A stretch of DNA of 64,000 bases, taken from an uncultured Poribacteria bacterium. Lineage in GTDB: Bacteria > Poribacteria > WGA-4E > WGA-3G. Of the stretch, positions 47,749-57,935 are shown in pieces. The translations under genes were made by a program, and so were the position numbers. The notes beneath the pieces were generated by a model. That model was given only the letters and a program-made list of their open reading frames with translations. It was not told the DNA's origin and searched no databases. The DNA lies in assembly GCA_958296135.2 (NCBI GenBank), contig CATQHZ020000001.1:2784001-2848000 (forward strand), in the 5' to 3' direction. Within the stretch, counting starts at the first letter, position 1. Every line of letters starts with the position of its first letter.

Positions 47749-49038
47749 TCAAAGATACTTTTGAAATACCCCCAAAAGCTGCTGCGCAACCGCTGCATCG
47801 TTAAACTTCAGATGCACGTTGGATTGTCCGGTGCTTCCGAGGTGCCCCCGCCGCGCTGCATCGTTGTAAAGTGCTAGTATACCCGTTGCCACGGCCTCCG
47901 CCGATTCGGGTGCAACGAGGATGCCGCCCCCGGTCGCCCTAATTATCTCAGGGAACGCGCCGTGCTGAGGTTGAACAACCGGCACGCCATTCGCGAGTGC
48001 CTCCAAAATGGACAAGCCTTTGGATTCCCGGTAAACTGTCGGCACCGAGAAAACGTGCAGGCGGTTGAGGAAGTCAATCTTTTGGGAGCGTGTTACTTCG
48101 CCGTAATGCACAAAACTATCCGCTAATCCCCAGGCCTGAATTTGGTTCACCAACTCCTCAAGATAGGGTTTATCTTTCTTTCCCAAATAGCCAGCGACAT
48201 GGAGGTGGATATTCTCTGCACCCAACTCCTGCGTCAGCGCGTAAAACGCGTCTACCAAGAGATGTAACCCCTTTTCTGGGCAGATGCGCGCCAAATAGCC
48301 GATGCTGAACGGCGGTGGTTCCGGTTTGCTAACCGACGCGCCGTGCCCATCAAGGTTTAACCCGAGCGGCACCACGTCAATTTTGTCCACCGGCACCTTG
48401 AGATAGGCATCTGCCATGAAGCGCGCGTAGTATCGGCACGGCGCGACAAATCCAGCTGCATCTGCCGCGCGTTCGGCGAGGAGAGTTAACGCCTCGTTCT
48501 TGTAAGGCTCAACCAGGTCTTGCAGGAAAATGTCTTCGCCTTGGAGCGCGCAAACGACTGGTACCCCCAGCGCGTTTTTAATTTCCCGCGCGAAGCCGAC
48601 AAGCATAGAGTTCGTCAGATAGACGATATCTGGACGGTTGTCTGTCTTGAGCCATCGTACTAACTTCGCCAATTCCTTTTTTTGATGTCCCTGCTCCGCG
48701 CTGAGCATAGAGACGGTGAGTTGGCCAAGGTCGCGTGCATCAGTTGAACCGCTGAGACGAGCCAATCCGTTCAACAGTGTTGGGCTATCTAACAGCCTGT
48801 CTACCGCCCACGGCGTGTGCCGAAAAAGCGAGAGTTTCTGTTGAAGATAGACGTTGATACCGCCGAAAAAGACGCGGTTGAGACTGACATTCGCCTCATC
48901 GGTGCGAGTCGGCGTGTATGTCGGAATCAAGGTGACGTTATGCCCCTGCTTCTTCAGCACTGTTGCGACGGTGTTGTCATGGATGCAGGTGCCGCAATAC
49001 ATCCCTGCAGCCCCCGCGGTGATATAAGCAACTTTCAT
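47749..49038 (-). CDS. Glycosyltransferase family 4
   Basis: ARICPEKG, ESKGLSILEALANGVPVV. Confidence 0.9.
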   Translation of the reverse strand: MKVAYITAGAAGMYCGTCIHDNTVATVLKKQGHNVTLIPTYTPTRTDEANVSLNRVFFGGINVYLQQKLSLFRHTPWAVDRLLDSPTLLNGLARLSGSTDARDLGQLTVSMLSAEQGHQKKELAKLVRWLKTDNRPDIVYLTNSMLVGFAREIKNALGVPVVCALQGEDIFLQDLVEPYKNEALTLLAERAADAAGFVAPCRYYARFMADAYLKVPVDKIDVVPLGLNLDGHGASVSKPEPPPFSIGYLARICPEKGLHLLVDAFYALTQELGAENIHLHVAGYLGKKDKPYLEELVNQIQAWGLADSFVHYGEVTRSQKIDFLNRLHVFSVPTVYRESKGLSILEALANGVPVVQPQHGAFPEIIRATGGGILVAPESAEAVATGILALYNDAARRGHLGSTGQSNVHLKFNDAAVAQQLLGVFQKYL

Positions 49039-49092
49039 GTTTTCTGCCTATCGGACAGAGCAATCCTATTCGGTCCGGAATGTGCATAACGC

Positions 49093-50541
49093 CTATCTCG
49101 TGAAAAACCGCTCAACCGTTGCTGCACTCGGCGGTTTGGTGAGCAAAGAGACGCCTATCAAGGCTACCGAAGAGACAATGAGCAAGATTGCAACAGGCAT
49201 AATCCCCGTGCCGCCGACGGTATATCCCGGTGTTTGCCAATTGCGGAGAAAGAAATAGAGCCATAGCACGATGACACTCGCGCACGCGGCGAACACGCCG
49301 TGCTGCGTGCTGCGTTTCCAAAACAGCGCGGCAACCACAATCGGAAACAACCCCGAAAATCCGGTGAAGGACCAGATTGCGAGTTTAAAAATGCTCGGCG
49401 TAGCAATCAGTGAAATCAGATAGGTAACGCAAAGTACGCCGCTGACAAAGAGCCGTCCTATTCGTACGTGCTGTTTTTCGGACATCTCCTTTTTGCTGTA
49501 ATGGTGGACAATATCGTGCGTGAACATGCTTCCGATGGCAAGCGATTGCGAATCTAGCGAAGACATGAGTGCTGCGAAAACTCCCGCGCCGAGAAATCCA
49601 GCAAGGATACCGGGCGCATGGATATGAATCATCTGAATCAGCACGGTGTTCGCCTGCGCGCCCTTCAACCCCGGCACATCCACATTGCCCAATATGCCGA
49701 GCAGCACACTCGGTATCCACACAATCGCGATGCAGAGCGGGTACAGAATTACCGGGTAGCGGAACGCACCGGCATCTTTCGCCGTTAAGCAATGCGTGAA
49801 AATATGGGGAAACATGCCGACAGAGAGCGGAATGCAGGTGTATGTCAACAACTCCAACGGCTTAATATGTCCCTCTTGCATGAGCAGTCCTGTATCCACT
49901 TTGGCAAGCGCAGTGGACAGGCCACCCATCCGGTGCATAATCACGAAAAAGGTGATACCGCCCAGCGTCATGAAGACGAGCGTTTGGAACGTGTTCACCC
50001 ATGCCGTGCCGCGCATGCCGCCGTAAGTAACATACCCGAGGACGACAGCACAGATTAGCAGGCCGCCGAGCCACTGCGGAATTGTGCCATCGGTAATCGT
50101 TGCCAATGTCCCGCCGCCGCCCATCACGCCGATAAGCAGATACGGAATAATCAGCAGCACCAACACGATGAAGAGGAGGAGCCCCAATCCATCGGATTCC
50201 CAGCGGGCGCGGAAGTATTGAACTTGCGTGAGATACCCGAATCGCTTCCCAACGTGCCACAGGCGCGTGCCGATAAAGTGAAACACGCACGGCACGACGA
50301 GCGCGGACGAAGATGCCATCAGCGCGAACACACCGATGCCGCGGTGATATGCCTCGCCGGATGCACCGAGGATCGAAAACGCTGTCATGTGCGTGCCGAA
50401 AAGCGACATTAACAAGACAAACCAATTAATCGTCCGGCTCGCCACGAAGTAGTCTTCGCCGGTGTTTCGGAAGAGTCGATGACTCAGGATACCGAGGCCC
50501 AGCACCAATACGAGGTAGATAAAGATGATTGCAAGGCTCAT
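49093..50541 (-). CDS. Sodium:solute symporter family protein
   Basis: DYFVASR, GGMRGTAW..FQ, AALMSSLDSQ. Confidence 0.92.
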   Translation of the reverse strand: MSLAIIFIYLVLVLGLGILSHRLFRNTGEDYFVASRTINWFVLLMSLFGTHMTAFSILGASGEAYHRGIGVFALMASSSALVVPCVFHFIGTRLWHVGKRFGYLTQVQYFRARWESDGLGLLLFIVLVLLIIPYLLIGVMGGGGTLATITDGTIPQWLGGLLICAVVLGYVTYGGMRGTAWVNTFQTLVFMTLGGITFFVIMHRMGGLSTALAKVDTGLLMQEGHIKPLELLTYTCIPLSVGMFPHIFTHCLTAKDAGAFRYPVILYPLCIAIVWIPSVLLGILGNVDVPGLKGAQANTVLIQMIHIHAPGILAGFLGAGVFAALMSSLDSQSLAIGSMFTHDIVHHYSKKEMSEKQHVRIGRLFVSGVLCVTYLISLIATPSIFKLAIWSFTGFSGLFPIVVAALFWKRSTQHGVFAACASVIVLWLYFFLRNWQTPGYTVGGTGIMPVAILLIVSSVALIGVSLLTKPPSAATVERFFTR

Positions 50542-50583
50542 TTCTCCTCCCGATTGCTCGCGGATGAGGGAGACGCGGAAGTC

Positions 50584-50772
50584 CTATCTCATACCTGTCT
50601 TAACAAAGGCCGCCATCAGAAGCATCGCGGCGAAGCATAACCCGATGTGATATACCAACCCCACCGGCAACCCGAAAACGAATTGCGGCGTTTCCCAGAA
50701 CCAGAAATCGTTGTGCAGCAAAAATAGCAACCCGACGCAGCCATAGAGAGCCCATCTCATCGCGTTTTTCAT
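50584..50772 (-). CDS. DUF3311-like small membrane protein (SSS partner)
   Basis: LLHNDFWFW..FGLPVGL; directly upstream of the SSS gene. Confidence 0.75.
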   Translation of the reverse strand: MKNAMRWALYGCVGLLFLLHNDFWFWETPQFVFGLPVGLVYHIGLCFAAMLLMAAFVKTGMR

Positions 50773-50879
50773 CGTTTCTCCCCCATTCAGAGCCATTTAG
50801 TTTCCGATTCGACACCGCTTCCGGTAGGCGCGGCCTCCCACTCGTGATGCCATGCGTTATCGGGACAGGGAGGTTCCGC

Positions 50880-52841
50880 CTACCGGGAACTCAATGATTC
50901 TGCCGCCACTTTAATCCTATTATACCAAAAAACGGCAATACTTGCAAGCAGTGCCATTCCATGAATCCACAACAGTCGCGTGTCAGTAGGCACAAAAAAG
51001 AACAGCACGACAGCGGTGAACAAGATGCCGCGTTCCCACAACGACAGCGCCTTGAAGGCGTATCCCGCTACACTCGCCGCAAAAATAACGGTGCCAACTA
51101 ACGTCAAACAGAGGTTCGCGAGAACCGGCCACAATGCGGCGTTGCCGCCAGCTGCGCTGAGCCATAGCAACTCCGGACGCAACACGAACGCATACGGCAG
51201 CGCAAACCCGACAAGCGCGAACCTGAACGCGGCGAACGCTGTCGGCATTATCCCAGAGCCTGCGATGGCAGACGCGGTATACGCCGCTAATGCCACAGGC
51301 GGCGTTACCATCGACATCATCCCGAAATAGAAGATGAAAAAGTGCGCCGCCAACGGGACTACGCCTAAGTCAAGTAGCACCGGCCCTACCAGAATCGCCA
51401 TCAGCAGATAGCAGACAGAAGAGGGTAATCCCATCCCCAAAATAATTGTCGAAATCATGAGAAGCAGGAGAGCTAAGATTAAGTTCGTCGATGCAAGCGG
51501 CAACAGTGCCGATGGCAGTTTCCCGCCGACTCCCGTCAGTGTGACAACACCGAGGATAATGCCGACGCATGCGGCGGCGGCAATTAACGAAACGCCGCTA
51601 TGCGCCGCGTTCTCCATCGCCTTTAAAATCCCAGAAATGCCGATGCGAGTTTCAGGACGAAAGAGACTGACACCGACAATAACGAGCAGACTCCAACTCA
51701 CCGCGCGAAACGGCGTGGCACCCATCAGCAGAAACCCGATGAGTGTCAGAAACGCCGTGAAAAATACAACCCCTTGCATCCCAGTAGGCGTGCCCTCTCG
51801 GGCGCGATGTTCCTCAGTAGGCGCGCCCTCCCGGGCGCGATGCTGCCTCGCACTCCCAATTCGCTTCGCATAAAAATGCACGATGCACAGCAACGCCGTA
51901 TAATAGAGGACTGCAGGCAACAATGCCGCCTTGATGATTTCCAAATAGGTGACAGACGGTTCAACGATTTCCAACATCATATACGCGCCCGCGCCCATAA
52001 TCGGCGGCACTAGCGCGCCGCCAGAACTCGCCGCTGCCTCAATCCCGCCGGCTATCGCAGGTTTGAACCCCGCGCGTTGCATTAAGGGGATGGTAAAAGT
52101 GCCGGTTGTCGCCGTGTTCGCAACAGCAGAGCCGGAGAGCGAACCCATCATCCCGCTGCTCAGCACGGCGACTTTCGCCGGACCGCCTGCACTCGTGCCG
52201 AAAATTCTTCTGGCAAGTTCAAGGATGTAGCGCGTCGCGCCGGTGCGTTCCAGCAGTGCCCCAAACAGCACGAAGAGAAAGACATAGGTGAACATGACGC
52301 GGAGCGCGATGCCGAAGGTGCCTTGACTGTGAAGGAACGTCTGACTCACGATGCGTTCAAGGGTATATCCCCGATGCGGGAAAAGCCACGCCGGCATCAA
52401 CTGTCCAAACGCGGCGTAAAGTAGAAAGAGTGAGGCGAGAAACATGAGCGTCACACCGACTGTTCGGCGCGTTGCTTCTAAAATAAGCATGAGCCCAAGC
52501 GCACCGACAACGTAATCCACGACACGTTCGGCTCCCGCCCGGTCACCGAGGGATTTTCCATCAAGCCAGAGTGCTTCAAAAAGCGGCTCCGTCTGGACAA
52601 TGACATAGCCGAAGCAGAGGAGGACACCCCCTGCTAATATCACGTCTAGTACCTGACACGCGAGATTGTCCGCCACGCGCGGATGGACAGGATATTTGAG
52701 GAATACCAAAATGAGGCCCAGCATGGCGAAGAGTGCCAATTGGGAGTGCGGCGCGAGCCGCGGATAATTTACCTCTGCTAAGATAAAGAGGCACAGCAGG
52801 ACTGCGAATGAAAAAAAGAGGGACTTTTTGAATCTTTTCAA
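50880..52841 (-). CDS. TRAP transporter fused 4TM/12TM permease
   Basis: GGPAKVAV, SGSAVAN..TGTFTIP, PPIMGAGA, TPPVALAAY. Confidence 0.93.
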   Translation of the reverse strand: MKRFKKSLFFSFAVLLCLFILAEVNYPRLAPHSQLALFAMLGLILVFLKYPVHPRVADNLACQVLDVILAGGVLLCFGYVIVQTEPLFEALWLDGKSLGDRAGAERVVDYVVGALGLMLILEATRRTVGVTLMFLASLFLLYAAFGQLMPAWLFPHRGYTLERIVSQTFLHSQGTFGIALRVMFTYVFLFVLFGALLERTGATRYILELARRIFGTSAGGPAKVAVLSSGMMGSLSGSAVANTATTGTFTIPLMQRAGFKPAIAGGIEAAASSGGALVPPIMGAGAYMMLEIVEPSVTYLEIIKAALLPAVLYYTALLCIVHFYAKRIGSARQHRAREGAPTEEHRAREGTPTGMQGVVFFTAFLTLIGFLLMGATPFRAVSWSLLVIVGVSLFRPETRIGISGILKAMENAAHSGVSLIAAAACVGIILGVVTLTGVGGKLPSALLPLASTNLILALLLLMISTIILGMGLPSSVCYLLMAILVGPVLLDLGVVPLAAHFFIFYFGMMSMVTPPVALAAYTASAIAGSGIMPTAFAAFRFALVGFALPYAFVLRPELLWLSAAGGNAALWPVLANLCLTLVGTVIFAASVAGYAFKALSLWERGILFTAVVLFFFVPTDTRLLWIHGMALLASIAVFWYNRIKVAAESLSSR

Positions 52842-53022
52842 TTTCGTTAACTATAGGCCGGACGCAGCTTCAACCCCGTAGGCGCGCTCGGGAAGCGCGC
52901 AACCTGGCCCGGGCGCGGTTGAAAACCGCGCCCACGGTAGTCACCATGCTTTCGCGATGCAACGCAGTGTTTCTTTCCTGTCGGCGTAATGGTGGAAAAT
53001 GATGGCAGTTGCAGCCTTTCTA

Positions 53023-54483
53023 TTAGAAATTTAACGGCAACGAACGCAGCAGCGGCTTTCCCGTATACGGATTAATCATATCCGGCAGCCGCGGCAGACA
53101 TTCATTAAATCGACTCTCAACCGAGTAAAGCTGGACGCGCGGCAAAACGTGGTTACCTACCTGCACCGTGCCCAGTTTCGCCACCTCGTTCAGCGCCGCC
53201 GATGAGGTGACATCCTCCAAGGTGATATAGATACCCATCACGGCGTTTTCACGTTGCACGACATGCAAGAAGTCGCGCAGTTGACTCAGCGAGAACTTCC
53301 CACTTTTCACCTGTCCGAGGACAATTTTGGTATAGTCTCCATCCGGGGTTTCCAGCGTATTGCCGATGCCATCGATGCCGCCATCGGCACCGCCTGTTTC
53401 ATTTGGCGCGAGGCCAGGAATGAGGTTGACAGCCCATATCTCAAAGTGCCGACGATTCTCTCTCGCGAGCCGCGTAGCACTCGCCAAGTCAGCCGGCATG
53501 CCGTAGGTTGGGATATTTCGCCCCGGGAACCGCTGAGTTTTGATGACATCCAGCGCAGAGGGATTGATATCGATGCCAATCCACTTGCGGTTGAGGGTAT
53601 CCGCGGCGACGACGGTGGTGCCGCACCCACAGAACGGATCCAGCACCACATCGCCCTCACTTGAGGAGGCTCTGATAATCCTGTCCAGTAAGGCGAGGGG
53701 CTTCTGCGTCTCGTATCCAAGGCGTTCTTTCGCCCTAGAGTTAAGTTGTGTGAGTTTTTTGTCCTCACAGTAGGACCAGACATCATCGGGGATTTTTCCC
53801 TCATCCATATAGAACCTTTTCCCAACGCCGTTTTCGTGATAGCGTCTCCCGCTTTCATCCACTTTGTTGTACCGGGAGGCAACCATCCTCCTCGGCACCC
53901 TAATATCAACGCCTTTGTAATCAGCGGTTTTGGAGTATCGAAAAATGATGTCATGCTTTCGGCGGAAATCTTTCTTTGGGGCATTTCCCATGTGGTAGTG
54001 CCACACAATTTCGTTACGGAAGTTCTCCGCACCGAAAACGCCATCCAATGCGATTTTGAGATAATGACTCGCTGTCGCATCGCAATGGAGATAGAACGTG
54101 CCAGTCGGCTTGAGGACGCGTTTTATCTCAATCAAATGCATCGCCATGTAACTGACATAAGCCATCATCCCACAGTCGCCGAGAATCTGGTGCAACCCAC
54201 CGATAGCTTTCGCAATCGGGGAGGCAACCATGCCAGTCAGTTCATCAACGCGCGCGTGTGCATCCGGACTCCAATGCCACGTATCGTCAAACGCTTTGAG
54301 CGATGCAGCGCGCGTGCCTTTGTTGGCCGTTTCCGCCTCAAGCACGTAAAGCTGATTATACTTCTGCTTGGAATTGAACGGCGCATCTCCGTAGGCGATA
54401 TCCACCCAGTTGTCCGGCCATTGACGCAGAATGTAGAGATTGTCACCATAGTAGAGGCTATTCAATGCGGGACGTGTTAACAT
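53023..54483 (-). CDS. N4/N6 (beta-class) DNA methyltransferase fused to a C-terminal Mrr-like nuclease domain
   Basis: YYGDNL, DAPFNS, TQKP..LL.RII, DPFCGCGTT; DGGIDG..QVKSG. Confidence 0.85.
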   Translation of the reverse strand: MLTRPALNSLYYGDNLYILRQWPDNWVDIAYGDAPFNSKQKYNQLYVLEAETANKGTRAASLKAFDDTWHWSPDAHARVDELTGMVASPIAKAIGGLHQILGDCGMMAYVSYMAMHLIEIKRVLKPTGTFYLHCDATASHYLKIALDGVFGAENFRNEIVWHYHMGNAPKKDFRRKHDIIFRYSKTADYKGVDIRVPRRMVASRYNKVDESGRRYHENGVGKRFYMDEGKIPDDVWSYCEDKKLTQLNSRAKERLGYETQKPLALLDRIIRASSSEGDVVLDPFCGCGTTVVAADTLNRKWIGIDINPSALDVIKTQRFPGRNIPTYGMPADLASATRLARENRRHFEIWAVNLIPGLAPNETGGADGGIDGIGNTLETPDGDYTKIVLGQVKSGKFSLSQLRDFLHVVQRENAVMGIYITLEDVTSSAALNEVAKLGTVQVGNHVLPRVQLYSVESRFNECLPRLPDMINPYTGKPLLRSLPLNF

Positions 54484-54908
54484 AAGGGGTGTCCTTTTCC
54501 GTTATCTCTAAAACCTTATCGTGGATTTCTATCTTCTGAGGCTTGCGAGGACTACGCTGTCCTTCGCAACGTCAGCTGTCTCTTCAGTACCCGACGAAAG
54601 CCCTAAACTTCTATCGTCCTGCTGAGCATGTCTTTCCTGCCGACTATGAGCCTCATCAGTCACGTTCGCCGGGATGCAGGGAATAAAAAATTTGGTTTGC
54701 CGCTTTTTCTCTCCTATTCGGTAAAGATTTCTGATGAGAGAAGTTTTTTCTGCCTTGTGGTTTAACGGTTACCAAACATCTTAACATTATAATACCACAC
54801 TGGACAACATTTTGTCAAACAAAACCGGGACGATCAGAGCCATTCAGTTTTCGGTTGTCGCTGCCGATTTTCGCGAAAAATGCAATTTTTTAGAACGTGA
54901 AACCTGCG

Positions 54909-55091
54909 TCACCCTCGCCCCTTAAACACCGCATAAAGATACCAAAACGCCGGCACCAAATCCCGCGTTTTCAGCCACAGCCCTTCGGCGATTACCATAA
55001 GCAGCGGCATCGCCATGCCGACAGCGGCGAAGATGATGTGAAAAGCGAGTGACATCGCCATCTGTGCGCGTGCAGCGAGTAGATTATCCAT
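54909..55091 (-). pseudogene. cydA'-'cydB deletion-fusion remnant of a cytochrome bd oxidase operon
   Basis: ARAQMAMSLAFHIIF..MP is a CydA N-terminus; LVPAFWYLYAVFK resembles a CydB C-terminus; RBS aaggagg. Confidence 0.7.
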
Positions 55092-55113
55092 GAGCAGCCT
55101 CCTTAGAACCACC

Positions 55114-55410
55114 GGTAGGCGCGCTTTCAAAAAACCGGACTTGCCCCGTAGCGCGAGGGAAAACCTGTCCCTCGCGAAACCCCGAACGAAACGAAAAACG
55201 GCCTTAGCCCGTAGCGCGAGGGCCGTCACGCCGAAACGCTGTCATCTCTGCAGCCCCGCTGCAGAGATGTCCACTGTCCCTCGCGAAACCCCGAACGAAA
55301 CGAAAAACGTTCCAAACCTAGGACTGCAGACGATTTCTGTTACGCTTGAGCATAGCGAGAGAAACCCTCGGCGATTCGCGCTCGCCGGGTTTTCCCTCGC
55401 CCTACGGTAA
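55114..55410. repeat. Composite cluster of REP-like units, including direct repeat cctcgcgaaaccccgaacgaaacgaaaaacg twice
   Basis: Several repeat families stacked in one intergenic region. Confidence 0.85.
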
Positions 55411-55432
55411 TGAGACAACAAAAACCGGATGC

Positions 55433-56260
55433 CTAGGCACCCCACGAATCCAGGCCGAGGAGCTTCCTCCCAAGAGGGGTCAACGCCGCGGTTTCGCCGT
55501 GGTAATGCTCTTTCTCCTTCTGCTCTTTTCCGAGGCCGGTGAGGCGTTCGCGCCATCCCTCAATTCGCTTCTCGCGCGATTCGGGGTTACCGTTCATCGG
55601 CGCGGGTGACATCGTGATATACTGCGCCATGCGGGGCCGCTCGGCAGAATTCGGGCTACTGCCGTGCGGCAAAGCACTGTGCCAGATAACCAGATCGCCG
55701 GCTTTCCCCTCGACGGGGACTGCGTCTGCTTGGTACTCGCGCACCACTTCCCTCGGGTTCGCGTCCGACGGCAGTTCTTTCAGCCACGGCTCCAATTTCT
55801 TATGGAAACCGGGGATGCAGGTGAACGCGCCTTGGTTGCCGGGCGTATCGGCGAGGTATAGCACGCCTTGCACCCGCAAGCGCACCGGCATAGCGTCTAA
55901 CGACATATCCCAATGCAAATAGGGACCGGTGAATTCCCAATCCGGACGTTCGGGTGGGTTCATGCTGGCGCGATCGAAACTTACCCAGAGTTCATCGGTA
56001 CCCCAGATCTCCGAGAACGCCTGATGCACGCGCGGATATTGGCGGTTATCCCACAGAGCCTGATGCTGATAAATTTCCACCATGATGCTCTTCCGCCGCG
56101 GGGTGGGATACCAACTCTCCGGATTGTCGCGTTCCATCTCAAGAAAGTCCCAGACAGCTTGTTCGGCGGCGCGGCAATTCTCAAGCGGAACCGCCTCCGG
56201 CACGACGACATAGCCGTTCTCTTCCCAAAATTCAAGTGCTTTTGCATCAAAGACAGGCAT
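55433..56260 (-). CDS. Phytanoyl-CoA dioxygenase (PhyH) family protein
   Basis: FWEENGYVV, LHWD, VQGVLYL.DT, GDLVIWH..LPHG. Confidence 0.88.
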   Translation of the reverse strand: MPVFDAKALEFWEENGYVVVPEAVPLENCRAAEQAVWDFLEMERDNPESWYPTPRRKSIMVEIYQHQALWDNRQYPRVHQAFSEIWGTDELWVSFDRASMNPPERPDWEFTGPYLHWDMSLDAMPVRLRVQGVLYLADTPGNQGAFTCIPGFHKKLEPWLKELPSDANPREVVREYQADAVPVEGKAGDLVIWHSALPHGSSPNSAERPRMAQYITMSPAPMNGNPESREKRIEGWRERLTGLGKEQKEKEHYHGETAALTPLGRKLLGLDSWGA

Positions 56261-56324
56261 GAGTTTCTCCTTATTTGACTGCGAGGCGCGGTTGGAAACC
56301 GCGTCTACGGGGTGCAGCGTTAAT

Positions 56325-57035
56325 TTATCGCACACTGAAATGTTGCCGGGCGTATTCCAACCGCTCCGGCACGCCAATATCTATCCAGAATCGCGACCGG
56401 GAGGCCGCGTTGACATCTTCAACTTTGTAAACATACAGATTCGTCACAGACGGAAAAACGTCGCGTTCAATCGAAAAAGCGTCCTTCTGTGGAAAAGCGT
56501 TGACAATCGTTCGGTTGAAAAGGAAGACGGCCCCGTTTGCGCAACCGGGGCGCGCTACCTGTTGCTTTTCCCGAAAGGCAGTGATGCATCCGTGCGCATC
56601 GGCGACGATCTCCCCATAAGAACCAAGGTCGGCGACCGGAATGCCAAGCACCAAACCGTCCATTTCAGGACGAAGCGCGACGCGCATCTCAGCCAGCGAG
56701 ATGCCTTTTAACAAAATATCGCCGTGTAACACGAAGACAGGAAACTTATCAACGAACCGGAACGCGTTCCGAATCGCGCCCCCGGTGCCAAGCGGTTTCT
56801 CTTCCTTCGCGTATCGGATTTTGACACCGTTGCAACTCCCCCCAACATGCGCGTAAAGCACATCGTGCAGGTGCCCGGAGGCGAGGATGACTTCTGTCAC
56901 GCCCGTTTCGGCGAGCAGCGCGAGCTGCCATTCCAGCACCGTCCTCTCCCCGATTTTGAGGAGGATTTTGGGAAGATGCTCCGTTGTTTTTCCGAGTCGG
57001 GTAGACAGTCCGCCGCAGAGAATAATTGCTTGCAT
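56325..57035 (-). CDS. NDP-sugar nucleotidyltransferase family protein
   Basis: ILCGGLSTRL..PK, EEKPLGTGGAI, WIDIG. Confidence 0.9.
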   Translation of the reverse strand: MQAIILCGGLSTRLGKTTEHLPKILLKIGERTVLEWQLALLAETGVTEVILASGHLHDVLYAHVGGSCNGVKIRYAKEEKPLGTGGAIRNAFRFVDKFPVFVLHGDILLKGISLAEMRVALRPEMDGLVLGIPVADLGSYGEIVADAHGCITAFREKQQVARPGCANGAVFLFNRTIVNAFPQKDAFSIERDVFPSVTNLYVYKVEDVNAASRSRFWIDIGVPERLEYARQHFSVR

Positions 57036-57116
57036 ATTTTCCCGCCCTATCCTTAACTGACACGCGAGTTGAACGGGCGGAAACCATAGAAATCCGCCCA
57101 TATAGGATACACCTCG

Positions 57117-57935
57117 TCACTCTCCAGGAAACCAATCTTCCCTTATCGGGCACTTTTCGCCTAAATCCTGCGGGGCCAACTGATAATCGTGAATCACAAG
57201 ATTGCTGATAATGCAATACGTCGGTCTGTCGCAATCCTCCGGGTCTGTCGAGGCATTGTTCACGACAAAATGTCCACTCAGATGTTTGGGTCCGTCCGTG
57301 TAGTGTTCATTATGCCCCGCGTGTTTGCCATCGATGTATAGATTCAATCCACTTTTCCCCCAAGTGCCAGCGATATGATAGTGCTCCCCAACTTCCCACT
57401 CAAGCCTGTTTTGACTCAGAACACGGCCGTTGTTTTTGACTTTATCACCGTCGCCGCTTTTAATACGCAAACGGATGTGTGAAGGATGCTTCACCACATT
57501 GTCATCAACGAGTTGCATAATAATAGCATTGGGAGCCGGTGCCGTACTGAACAAATAAAAATCCCTGTCTGCCTTTTCGAGTTTGCGCTGCGGGGTTAGG
57601 CACAACTCAACGGTCCCTGCCTTGAGGTACGTGAGATTGCCATCCACCGGAAAAGTAACCCGATCCCTATCTTTTATGCTGATAAAGCCGGAGCGGCATC
57701 CACCGTCGTCAAAATTTTCGCTGCTGTGGATATCAACCTCTCCGTGCGCATTCTGAACAACCGTGCTGTTCTCCAAGGAGCAAAAGAAAGGTTCGCCTGC
57801 GGACAGCAGGTGCAGCTGATCTAGCACAACCGATTTTACTGCCTCAAACCGAATGCCAAAGAAACCTAATAAGGCGAGAATCACGGCAAGAATGGGAACG
57901 TTCTTGCGAGTAAACAAGGTGCGGATTATTTTCAT
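57117..57935 (-). CDS. Membrane-anchored LamG/ConA-like domain protein
   Basis: N-terminal TM helix; GTVEL, HIAGTWG..LYIDG. Confidence 0.7.
   Translation of the reverse strand: MKIIRTLFTRKNVPILAVILALLGFFGIRFEAVKSVVLDQLHLLSAGEPFFCSLENSTVVQNAHGEVDIHSSENFDDGGCRSGFISIKDRDRVTFPVDGNLTYLKAGTVELCLTPQRKLEKADRDFYLFSTAPAPNAIIMQLVDDNVVKHPSHIRLRIKSGDGDKVKNNGRVLSQNRLEWEVGEHYHIAGTWGKSGLNLYIDGKHAGHNEHYTDGPKHLSGHFVVNNASTDPEDCDRPTYCIISNLVIHDYQLAPQDLGEKCPIREDWFPGE

Noticed and set aside
54600-54760. Hammerhead ribozyme (CTGATGAG on both strands)
   Set aside because: No stem II followed by GAAA and no compatible stems I/III; the minus-strand copy is a simple hairpin
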